Shown here: in pieces, positions 9,201 to 16,158 of the stretch
How positions within the stretch are numbered: the first letter of the stretch is position 1
Layout: the number at the start of each line of letters is the position of its first letter
DNA from: an uncultured bacterium
GTDB lineage: Bacteria > Margulisbacteria > WOR-1 > CAVSGV01
Assembly: GCA_963699255.1 (NCBI GenBank)
Contig: OY969425.1
Coordinates: forward strand, 900,001 to 932,000
Length of the DNA: 32,000 nucleotides
Direction of reading: 5' to 3'
The notes under the pieces: generated by a model
What the model was told of the DNA's origin: nothing
The model's input: the letters and a program-made list of their open reading frames with translations, nothing else
Databases searched by the model: none
Program-made: the position numbers and the translations under genes

Positions 9201-11116
9201 ACCGTAACTTCCACAGTTATCGGAGAACCCGCGGAAGTGCCAACAGGCTGGGTCTTCCAGCCCAATTTCGTTGAAGTGCTCTTCCAGGCCGCGTATCGGT
9301 AAACGACAGTATTTGCATTAACCGTCGCATTTGTTCCGACCTGGAATCCATTCACCTCAAGCGCTTGTACGGCATCAGCTAAATTCGCGGTCGCGGTAAA
9401 ATACTGGGTATTATCCCCTAAAAGGCTGGCCGGCCTAAGCACGGCCCCGCTGGTGACTTCCGGCCGCTTTACCCAAACGAGCCCGGGCCTGAAACCAACG
9501 CCGGTAATGGACCTGTTATCAGATCCGTTCCCGGTATAGGTGGAAGTTGAAAATTGATTACCGGTGTTCTTAAAAGCGAAGTAAAAATAAGTCGTTGCCG
9601 CCGTATTAACGACTGCGTTCGTTCCCACCTGGAATCCGCTCGCCTCCAAAGCCTGGACCGCATCAGCGATGTCAGCAGTAGCCGAAAAGTAGGCGGTGGC
9701 ATCACCGGCGATCGATGAGGTACGGAACACTCCAAAGGTCGCCCCGGTGCTTTTTACCGCCACAAGATCGGGCTGAAAGGAAAGGCAGGGCATAGAACGA
9801 TCGTCTCCGCCAGTTCCGGTGTATGCCCCGACGGCAAAGTTTGTGGAATTCGTTGTCCCTTTGAACGCCATCCAGCGGTAAGTAGTCGCTCCGGTATTGA
9901 CCGCTGCATTCGCTCCAACCGAAAATCCGTCATTATCAAGGGAGGTTACGCCATCGGCGAAACTGGCGGTTGCAACGCCCATATATGCGGTGGAATTAGG
10001 CGCCATTAACGATGTGGTGAATACTGCCGAACCGCCGGCTGTATCCGCCTTAACAATGACAAGGTCTGGCTTAAATCCCACTCCGGTGATCGACTGACTT
10101 GATCCATTGCCGGCATAGGAGCCGCTGAGCATTTTAAATGTTCCGGAAAGTGCCGGAGAAGGAACGCCCCTAAAAGCAGCATAGTAATAAGTGCTTGCTG
10201 CCAAATTCACACGGCCGTTCGTCCCTACCTGGAACCCGTCGCTTTCCAGGGTTTGAACATGGTCGGTCGCATTAGCTGCGGCAGTGAATATCTGGCTCTC
10301 GTCGCCGTAGCTCTGGTTGCTTCGCAAGGCGGCAGCATTGGTCACCGCCGACTGTTTAACGAACATAAAATCGGGCTTGAACCCGACCCCCGTTATGTCG
10401 CGGTTATCCGTTCCGTCCCCGACATAACTCCCAACGGCCATGCTGCCCGCGACCGATTTAAACGCGACATAATAATATGTGCTTGCCGCAGCATTGGTCT
10501 CTGCGTTTGATCCGACCTGGAATCCGTCAGACTGAAGAGCCTGGATCATGTTCGGGATCGGAGCGGTGGCGGAAAAATAGTGGCTATTGTCCCCGCCCAT
10601 TGAAGATGAATTCCACACCCCTAATGAGGCGCCGTCTCTTTTTACCCACACCAGGTTCGGCTGAAAACCTATACCGATGATATTCCTGTCATCGGCCCCG
10701 TTACCTGTATATGATCCGACCTTAAAATCCGCTCCCCCGCTGCCGTAAAAAGCGATCCATGTATATCGCACGTTCGCTGAATTGACGTTTGCGTTCGTTC
10801 CCAGTGAGAACCCGTCTGAATTAAGAGAGGTAATTAAACCTGTATCGTTCGGAACGGCATTCTCAAAATAAGCGGTGGAATCCCCCATCATGGCCGAGCT
10901 TTTCCAAACAGCCCTGCCGGCCGCCGTATCCGATTTAATGATCACCAGATCAGGCTGAAAACCTACCCCGGTGATCGAGCGGGAAAATCCCGTGCCAACA
11001 TAATAGCCTGTTTGAATGGAAAATGCGTAAGCGGAAGTCCCAATAAATAATATTGAGAGGAAAATGATGAAAAAAGCAATGCAAAATAACCTTCTCAGTG
11101 AACCCCCCCTCCTCAT
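6284..11116 (-). CDS. Large secreted/surface protein: two tandem repeat arrays, Big_5-like domain, C-terminal T9SS type A/FlgD-like sorting-type domain
   Basis: Signal peptide FCIAFFIIFLSILFIGTSAYA; six ~97-aa and six ~105-aa repeats; NVTPEATVSAEFSTAMDTGSV (Big_5-like); C-terminus PYPNPFVPSEGHTTITF...SGQLVKTI...LRSGIYLYVIRSSNDTKTGKLVVIR. Confidence 0.8.
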   Translation of the reverse strand: MRRGGSLRRLFCIAFFIIFLSILFIGTSAYAFSIQTGYYVGTGFSRSITGVGFQPDLVIIKSDTAAGRAVWKSSAMMGDSTAYFENAVPNDTGLITSLNSDGFSLGTNANVNSANVRYTWIAFYGSGGADFKVGSYTGNGADDRNIIGIGFQPNLVWVKRDGASLGVWNSSSMGGDNSHYFSATAPIPNMIQALQSDGFQVGSNAETNAAASTYYYVAFKSVAGSMAVGSYVGDGTDNRDITGVGFKPDFMFVKQSAVTNAAALRSNQSYGDESQIFTAAANATDHVQTLESDGFQVGTNGRVNLAASTYYYAAFRGVPSPALSGTFKMLSGSYAGNGSSQSITGVGFKPDLVIVKADTAGGSAVFTTSLMAPNSTAYMGVATASFADGVTSLDNDGFSVGANAAVNTGATTYRWMAFKGTTNSTNFAVGAYTGTGGDDRSMPCLSFQPDLVAVKSTGATFGVFRTSSIAGDATAYFSATADIADAVQALEASGFQVGTNAVVNTAATTYFYFAFKNTGNQFSTSTYTGNGSDNRSITGVGFRPGLVWVKRPEVTSGAVLRPASLLGDNTQYFTATANLADAVQALEVNGFQVGTNATVNANTVVYRYAAWKSTSTKLGWKTQPVGTSAGSPITVEVTVQDQNSNIDSTDNSTYITVAIQNNPGGGTLSGTFTKQVSGGVATFENLSIDKSGTGYTLQATSSGLTSATSNTFNITPASSSQLGYIVQPSSAVAGISIAPSVEVKTLDQYGNLVTTDNTSVVTAEIKNNAGGGTLSGTFTKQVSGGVATFENLSIDKSGTGYTLQAKSSGLTSTESSAFDIISASSSQLGYIVQPTSAVAGIYIAPSVEVKTLDQYGNPVTTDNTSVVTIEILSNPGGGTLSGTLTKVVSGGIATFESISIDKAGVGYTLRVKAQGLTSSTSSTFNITSSSSSQLGYIVQPSSAVAGISIAPSIEVKTLDQYGNPTTDNTSVVTIEIQNNPGGGTLSGTLTEQVSGGVATFENLSIDKSGTGYTLQATSSGLTPVTSSAFNITPASSSQLGFVVQPSSAAAGTNIAPSVEARTLDQYGNPVTTDNTSVVTIEIQSNPSGGTLSGTLTEQVSGGVATFENLSIDKSGVGYTLSVTAEGLTSAASSAFSITNAAASNITFEVQPADSAAGVSLFPAPRIALRDQYGNTVTNNNTSMVTVEIQNNPGGGVLTGTKTKIVAGGIATFESVMINRAGTGYTLQARSNGLSTAVSASFDVTGSMTGPQITFFSPTGEAANVTPEATVSAEFSTAMDTGSVQNAFTLKAILDSSGNSINIPIIGSYSWIGNRVVFTPSVPLTKGYTYRANISTEACDASGNPLQAALSWDFRVIADSGTANVFTASDGKTRAAFPSGAVSGSYSVQFSIDPQSSPIAVNPAKIIAANAKITSQGNPSFHPIAGTYREFAAYDNTGAMITNNFLKKVTIYLPYTDNNDDGIIDGTSPPVSIHNVSIYWLDESDSSWVKVSDSSLISGQKCFAAAVPHFSTYVLMSLPSPSLSNAHPYPNPFVPSEGHTTITFTNLATSCTIKIFTVSGQLVKTIQENDGDGQNVWNVENDSNEQLRSGIYLYVIRSSNDTKTGKLVVIR
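7372..9265 (-). repeat. Coding tandem array 2: six ~105-aa Ig-like units (LGYIVQPSSAVAGISIAPSVEVKTLDQYGNPVTTDNTSVVT...GGVATFENLSIDKSGTGYTLQATSSGLTS)
   Basis: Near-identical peptide units; long near-identical DNA blocks recur at ~318-nt spacing (e.g. around 8747-8820 and 9065-9138). Confidence 0.9.
9266..11022 (-). repeat. Coding tandem array 1: six ~97-aa units (GSYTGNGsDnRsITGVGFqPDLVwVK...YFsATAnxxDxVQALesdGFQVGTNaxVNxaatTYyYaAFK); boundaries approximate
   Basis: Read directly from the 1610-aa translation. Confidence 0.85.
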
Positions 11117-11399
11117 AGAAAAGCTTTTTTCTATTCTATAATACTATGTAATAGCTGCGCATATTTTATCACAATAACGATAAAATTGAACCCTTCAATG
11201 TATATTTGCTCATTTATTAAACATATGCTAGAATGCCATTCTCGTTTTCAATGCGAGGCAGAAACTAAAAGAAATGCCTCAAATTCTTCAGAACAGGCAG
11301 TCTTGAATATGGTTTAAGATTTTGAATTTGTAATTTTGGATTTGTTTGAGATTTGGTAATTGGTCATTGGAATTTGCGCTGAGCGCAGCGAAGCGTTGT

Positions 11400-11536
11400 G
11401 GGGAGTAGCCCCGATTTCATCGGGGCGTTGAGGGGCGAAGCCCCTAAATGAACTAAAGTTAACGTCTTTGTCTTCGAGTAATAGATAGATGGGGAGTAGC
11501 CCCGATTTCAACGGGGCGTTGAGGGGTGAAACCCCT
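11400..11536. repeat. Two direct copies (11400-11445 and 11491-11536) of a 46-nt hairpin-rich repeat
   Basis: GGGGAGTAGCCCCGATTTCATCGGGGCGTTGAGGGGCGAAGCCCCT versus GGGGAGTAGCCCCGATTTCAACGGGGCGTTGAGGGGTGAAACCCCT. Confidence 0.9.
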
Positions 11537-11567
11537 CAAAGAACGTCAGTCACAGCCGCCGTAGTAT

Positions 11568-11641
<74 letters not shown>

Positions 11642-11684
11642 TTTCTCTTTTTTCCTGCTCCTGCGAGGATAATCACTGATCCCC

Positions 11685-12734
11685 TTAACCAACCTTCTGG
11701 TCTATTATTTCGCTCGGTGCACCCGCGGTGCACCCAACCTGTAAAACACTTACCGCTTTCTTGAGATTCTCCATCCTTATGTGAGCATATACCTGAGTTG
11801 TCTGGACTGAGGCATGCCCTAGAAGATTTTGAACCTCATAGATCGGTACTCCTCTTTGAACCAAGAGGCTTGCGAACGTATGCCTTAACTTATGCAGATG
11901 CCCTTTTATGCTTAATCTGTCCAAGAGCTTCTTGAATCGGTGATAATAATCGCTAACGGGCATTCCTTCATTGTATTCAAAGACATATACCTGTTTATCG
12001 CTTTTGCGCAGATACAGCGAAAACATGTGCTGAAACAACGTTTCATTCATCGGTATTGTCCTGAACCTGTGTGACTTCGATATTTCGATATTGATAACCT
12101 TGTTCTTGAAGTCCACATCAGCCCATTTAAGCCGTTTTATCTCACTGGCCCTAAATCCGGTATTCAAAAGGACTATCACATAATCCCTGATGAACGGCTC
12201 CGCTGCCGCTAATATCTTTTCAATTTCTTCTTCGGTGAACCATTCTGGCCGCCTTTTGTCCACCTTAAGCTTTGTTATCTTCGGGATATTAGCCAGATAC
12301 TGCCTTTCTACGGCAAACCTGAGCATCGTGCCCAGCAGAATGGAGTGGTTATTTACAGTCTTGTTACTCTTGCCTTCTTTGCTCCACTTTGACTGGGCCT
12401 CTTGAATCCTGAGTGTCGTTATTTGGATCAGCTTTAACGCCCCGAATTCCTTCAATAATGCCTTTATGACAGAGCCATCCTTCTCGTATGTTGAGCTCAT
12501 TTTCCTGGAGACTGAGTAATCCCCATACTCTTTAGTCAGTTTATAAAAACTGACCTCTTTCATATATAGGGATACCGGCTTACCGGATACAAGCTCACCC
12601 TCATACATCCGCAAATATTCTCTTGCCTCTCTCAAAGTCCTAGCGGGAATCTTCCGCGAGTTTTGTCTCCCACATGTCTTATCGATAATGTGGAAAGTAA
12701 TCCCCTTGCCGGTGCGTCTCCTTCTAATAAACAT
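11685..12734 (-). CDS. Site-specific tyrosine recombinase (phage/ICE-type integrase)
   Basis: Catalytic motifs TGFRASEIKRLKWADV, HKLRHTFASLLVQRG, LLGHASVQTTQVYAH; N-terminal Arm-type/SAM-like region; stop codon about 44 nt from the tRNA 3' end. Confidence 0.93.
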   Translation of the reverse strand: MFIRRRRTGKGITFHIIDKTCGRQNSRKIPARTLREAREYLRMYEGELVSGKPVSLYMKEVSFYKLTKEYGDYSVSRKMSSTYEKDGSVIKALLKEFGALKLIQITTLRIQEAQSKWSKEGKSNKTVNNHSILLGTMLRFAVERQYLANIPKITKLKVDKRRPEWFTEEEIEKILAAAEPFIRDYVIVLLNTGFRASEIKRLKWADVDFKNKVINIEISKSHRFRTIPMNETLFQHMFSLYLRKSDKQVYVFEYNEGMPVSDYYHRFKKLLDRLSIKGHLHKLRHTFASLLVQRGVPIYEVQNLLGHASVQTTQVYAHIRMENLKKAVSVLQVGCTAGAPSEIIDQKVG

Positions 12735-12964
12735 TATTCACTCCTTCCTTGAGGAGACTGCCCGGACAAATTATCCATGAATTTGTTTACTTCTTCAACC
12801 CTAAACCGAACGGATCGTCTGTTCTTTATCTTCGCATTAGAGGATTTAACGGAAGGCAAGTAGATAGGCGTTAAAATACCTTTTTCCGCATAGGCATAGA
12901 CCGTGCTTTTGCCAATGCTAAGCATTTCGACTATATCTTTTACGGTTAGTAATAGCTTTTTCAT
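12734..12964 (-). CDS. Excisionase/AlpA-like HTH DNA-binding protein
   Basis: LLTVKDIVEMLSIGKSTVYAYAEKG...RFRVEEVNKFMD matches the HTH_17/excisionase pattern; stop overlaps the integrase start by 1 nt. Confidence 0.8.
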   Translation of the reverse strand: MKKLLLTVKDIVEMLSIGKSTVYAYAEKGILTPIYLPSVKSSNAKIKNRRSVRFRVEEVNKFMDNLSGQSPQGRSE

Positions 12965-13048
12965 GATAATGTCTGCCTTGTGCCATATCTATATCAGGAT
13001 TTGTGGCGAGGAATTTCTTCGGTAATTCTTTTGATGTTTCCGTGGGGC

Positions 13049-13636
13049 TTAGGGGTTTACACTTCTGAATTCTTCTCTTTTTCTTTTTTCCCTAAGTTTT
13101 TGCATAAGCTTGCGACTTTTCCCTCTTTTTTCTTCCTTGTGTTTAATAAAATATTGATTATCATCATACCTTTTTTTACATGAAGCACCTCGCATGTATC
13201 GATTACAAAAAATCGCATCTTTTTCCCATAGGAATAAACTGCCACAGTATTTGCATTTACACGCGAGATGTTTCTTTTCAAGTACTTCGACTAATTGTTT
13301 ACACATCTGATATATATCGTAATTCCCCCACTCAAGTTTTGTCATGAGACTTTCGCCCTTTTTTATTCTTTCTAAATCTTTACTGGTAGAATAATAGTGG
13401 CACAAAGTATTAAGATCATCAGAGATGGTATTGAACAATGCAAACCCTTTATCAATGTCCCGTTTAACAAAAGTCAATCTTGCAACATTAGTTAGTATTC
13501 TTTTTGTTTCATCGGGATCTTGGAAGATCATTGAAGGAGGGAGTTTTTTATAAGTTATTCTGGTTTCAACCTTGAATTTACGTCTAAATCTCTTATATAC
13601 CTTCTTAAAGATAGCCTCATTATTTTTTATGCTCAT
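13049..13636 (-). CDS. Hypothetical protein with C-terminal Cys cluster (zinc-finger-like)
   Basis: ACKCKYCGSLFLWEKDAIFCNRYMRGASCKKRYDDNQYF followed by a Lys/Arg-rich tail. Confidence 0.6.
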   Translation of the reverse strand: MSIKNNEAIFKKVYKRFRRKFKVETRITYKKLPPSMIFQDPDETKRILTNVARLTFVKRDIDKGFALFNTISDDLNTLCHYYSTSKDLERIKKGESLMTKLEWGNYDIYQMCKQLVEVLEKKHLACKCKYCGSLFLWEKDAIFCNRYMRGASCKKRYDDNQYFIKHKEEKRGKSRKLMQKLREKRKREEFRSVNP

Positions 13637-13819
13637 AAAATATAGTTAATCTCAAAGAGATAATTTACTCACCCGCCTTACCCCCACTATTACGCTCAGA
13701 TTATATCAGCCACCTTATAGGCCGGCAACAAGGCGGGCAATTTTAACATCAGAAACGTCAGAAATATCAGGGGATTAAGGTGGGACTATGGACAGCTTGG
13801 ATATTTGCTTCGTAATAAA

Positions 13820-15115
13820 TTATGCCCAGCATTTAAACGCTTCCTGTATTTTCTTTTCCACTTCCTTGCAGAATCTATCTTGATCATCCATGTCAACGGC
13901 TTCATTTTTGTTCCATTTATAGGACATAACGATTCCGGGACAAAGGTTTAAATTCGGATACCCCTTTTCCCCAATTATAGTGCTAAATTTTAATTTATCG
14001 CTGACAGCCATTATCTTTTTGCTTAATAGTAGTTTTAAGCATTTGCCCCAGTCTTCTTTTTTTACCTGATTCAGCTTGCCACTCTTCACTTTCTCCTTCC
14101 AGTAAATAAGATATTCTTCTGTTGGCATTTCTGTATTCGCCCATAAAAGGCCTGATGATCTGTATGCAAAGTGAAAGTTGGGGATGATTTTCCATTTCTT
14201 TTTAGCCAACTTCAGCAGGTCGTTTGTTTTGACGTTAGAGTAAAAATGTCTTGCTTGGTTCATAACATCTCCGGGTGTTAAAGACAGTTCTATGCTCCAA
14301 TCGGTATTATCAGAACCTTTTCTCTGGAAAAGCGTTATCTCTTTTATTTCCGGCCTGTTAACTTTTATCGAATAATGCCACCCTCTATGCCAGGAAACAT
14401 TGCCTAATTGCAATAACTCCATTATACTTTTTAATCGTTTTTCTATTAAGTATTCATCATCCTTGCACATGCTCAGTTTATCGAACGGATTTAAAAATGA
14501 CCAATGTGTGTCAACATATAGAAGGAATTGTTCGATCAGTTTTTTTTCGATAAACGAGATCATGCTGTTGCCCATAATGTCGTTAAGCCCTTTAATTATG
14601 TTCTTCCATAACAAAATAACAGGTTTTTCTTCGTGTTCCAAGCCTTCAGGGAATTTAAAGCTCAACTGATCGAACCATACATCTGTATGTCTAGGTTTAT
14701 TCTCAATGGTCAGAATATACCCATCATCCGTTTCTATTAGCCCATCCAGTACGCCTTTTCTCTCGGAAGATGCAATCTTATTTTCGTTGTAATCTATTTG
14801 TTCATCGGTAATAAGTATCGCGATTAACCGGCCCTCATAATCATCGACCCTGCTTGTATTGATCTGAGTCCTAATCTCCTTAAACGTATTGCTGCCTTCT
14901 ATGCTTGAGGAGGGGATAAATTCATCATCAACCTTTTTCTGTTTCAGTTCGTTTTTTATGTAATTTATGAATAGAATCTGAGCAAATACCGAATAATCCA
15001 ACAAAGTGAGAAAAGCGTGCGTGAGCTGATCTTCATAATGGTTCTCTTTTCTAATGTATTTCGTAAAAATATTCAACTTATCCACTATTTTGCTCCCTCT
15101 TTGTAAAAGATCCAA
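13820..15115 (-). CDS. Putative PD-(D/E)XK-superfamily nuclease-domain protein
   Basis: Helix EDQLTHAFLTLL followed by a core reading VLDGLIETDDGYILTIENKP (D...ExK spacing as in PD-(D/E)XK nucleases). Confidence 0.55.
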   Translation of the reverse strand: MDLLQRGSKIVDKLNIFTKYIRKENHYEDQLTHAFLTLLDYSVFAQILFINYIKNELKQKKVDDEFIPSSSIEGSNTFKEIRTQINTSRVDDYEGRLIAILITDEQIDYNENKIASSERKGVLDGLIETDDGYILTIENKPRHTDVWFDQLSFKFPEGLEHEEKPVILLWKNIIKGLNDIMGNSMISFIEKKLIEQFLLYVDTHWSFLNPFDKLSMCKDDEYLIEKRLKSIMELLQLGNVSWHRGWHYSIKVNRPEIKEITLFQRKGSDNTDWSIELSLTPGDVMNQARHFYSNVKTNDLLKLAKKKWKIIPNFHFAYRSSGLLWANTEMPTEEYLIYWKEKVKSGKLNQVKKEDWGKCLKLLLSKKIMAVSDKLKFSTIIGEKGYPNLNLCPGIVMSYKWNKNEAVDMDDQDRFCKEVEKKIQEAFKCWA

Positions 15116-15147
15116 CTGACCTTAACGCATCTTTGATCCATTATGAA

Positions 15148-15846
15148 TTAGCTAAACTCCAAGGTAAGCCCTTCGCCATATTCTTTTGGCTTGATTTGAT
15201 TTTTAAAGTCTGTTGTTTTTTCAATTGTACTTATATCTTCAATTGAGCCTATCAATAATTCAAAGGGCTTGTTGCCACTATCCGCAGTACGAACAACTAA
15301 TCTCCATTCCTTTTGATGCGCAAACTTTATAGTTTTCTTAAATGGGCCTATTTCGCCATCATAAGATTTTTCATCATAATAAGTTACTAGCCCGTATCCA
15401 AATCCTTCTATGATTCCCTCATTTTGCAGTTTTATTAAAGAATCTTTCAAACGTTTAAAAAATTCTTTTACGTCCCGAATAACAATAAAACTGTCTCCAA
15501 AATCCTTAACCTTATCATCAAATATTTTCCAATCTTCTCGTACAGCTTCCCCTCTCATTATTACGCATGCGCTGAATATTTTGTTCTTAATATTGTCATC
15601 GGGAAATTCAATCGACCCGCCTAAAAAACCACCTTCGGGAGAAAATGTATGGCCATCTATCGTTACTTCGGTTTCCTTTGGTTGAATTAAATAATGCAAT
15701 CCTTCGTTTTCATCTTTTCTTTCTGTGTGATCTTCACAGTTTTTAAAATATGACCACGGATTCAAATATAATTTACCCTGCTGCAACTCTCGTAAATATT
15801 CCCCTTTACTAAACTTTACTATAAGCCATGCTATTTGTTGTTCCAT
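15148..15846 (-). CDS. DUF2971-like protein of unknown function (ORF can extend to 15861)
   Basis: LRELQQGKLYLNPWSYFKNCED..RKDENEG near the N-terminus and FAHQKEWRLVV near the C-terminus; AAGGAA ribosome binding site ahead of ATG at 15846. Confidence 0.45.
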   Translation of the reverse strand: MEQQIAWLIVKFSKGEYLRELQQGKLYLNPWSYFKNCEDHTERKDENEGLHYLIQPKETEVTIDGHTFSPEGGFLGGSIEFPDDNIKNKIFSACVIMRGEAVREDWKIFDDKVKDFGDSFIVIRDVKEFFKRLKDSLIKLQNEGIIEGFGYGLVTYYDEKSYDGEIGPFKKTIKFAHQKEWRLVVRTADSGNKPFELLIGSIEDISTIEKTTDFKNQIKPKEYGEGLTLEFS

Positions 15847-15863
15847 ATGTATTCCTTGCAAAA

Positions 15864-15929
15864 CTAGACTCCTGGATAATCGCTATATGTCGAATAATCA
15901 ACGGTAAGCTCTTCGCCTTTTTTAATATC
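15864..15929 (-). pseudogene. Possible C-terminal remnant of a SET-domain protein
   Basis: Minus-strand translation reads DIKKGEELTVDYSTYSDYPGV*, resembling the C-terminal SET motif (x-I-x-x-G-E-E-L-T-x-D-Y); no full ORF upstream. Confidence 0.35.
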
Positions 15930-16123
15930 TCTTTGACCTTACCCCATTCTTAGTGCCATTATGAATTAGAGTAAACGATATTACAATACTTGCCCCTATT
16001 GTGAATCTAATGTGGATTTTATTATATAAGCCGTGTTAAGGTGGCTCAACAAATGAGGGCTAGATCTTGTCACGTTGCTGGAACCGGACATTATCACGTG
16101 GCTACTACACCTTCCCCCCTTCA

Positions 16124-16152
16124 TTGACACCTCTTTTTGCGTATGGGATAAT
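16124..16152 (+). promoter_or_regulatory. Sigma70-like promoter for the ketosynthase operon
   Basis: TTGACA (16124-16129), 17-nt spacer, GATAAT (16147-16152); ATG at 16159. Confidence 0.6.
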
Positions 16153-16158
16153 AAAAAT

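Larger units (their letters stand above)
15117..15969. repeat. Diverged direct repeat pair R1 15117-15151 and R2 15934-15969 bounding the DUF2971-like gene
   Basis: TGACCTTAACGCATCTTTGATCCATTATGAATTAG versus TGACCTTACCCCATTCTTAGTGCCATTATGAATTAG, with a 14-nt perfect core CCATTATGAATTAG. Confidence 0.8.

Noticed and set aside
7372-9265. Possible CRISPR array because of regular near-identical repeats
   Set aside because: Period is about 318 nt, repeats are translated in frame throughout and there are no short unique spacers; this is a protein repeat array. No CRISPR array or cas gene was seen in the window.
11314-11511. 66-aa minus-strand ORF between the surface-protein gene and the tRNA
   Set aside because: Translation comes entirely from low-complexity and hairpin repeats (FRGFAPQRPDEIGATPHNASLRSAQ); better explained as repeat DNA.
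15117-15160. Integron attC site between the nuclease and DUF2971-like genes
   Set aside because: R1 lacks paired RYYYAAC and GTTRRRY core sites and no IntI-type integrase insertion is evident, so cassette movement, if any, is by another route.
13820-15861. Annotating the nuclease/DUF2971-like pair as a known toxin-antitoxin or restriction-modification system
   Set aside because: There is no methyltransferase, no recognisable antitoxin, and neither protein has the small size typical of TA pairs; the function is left open.
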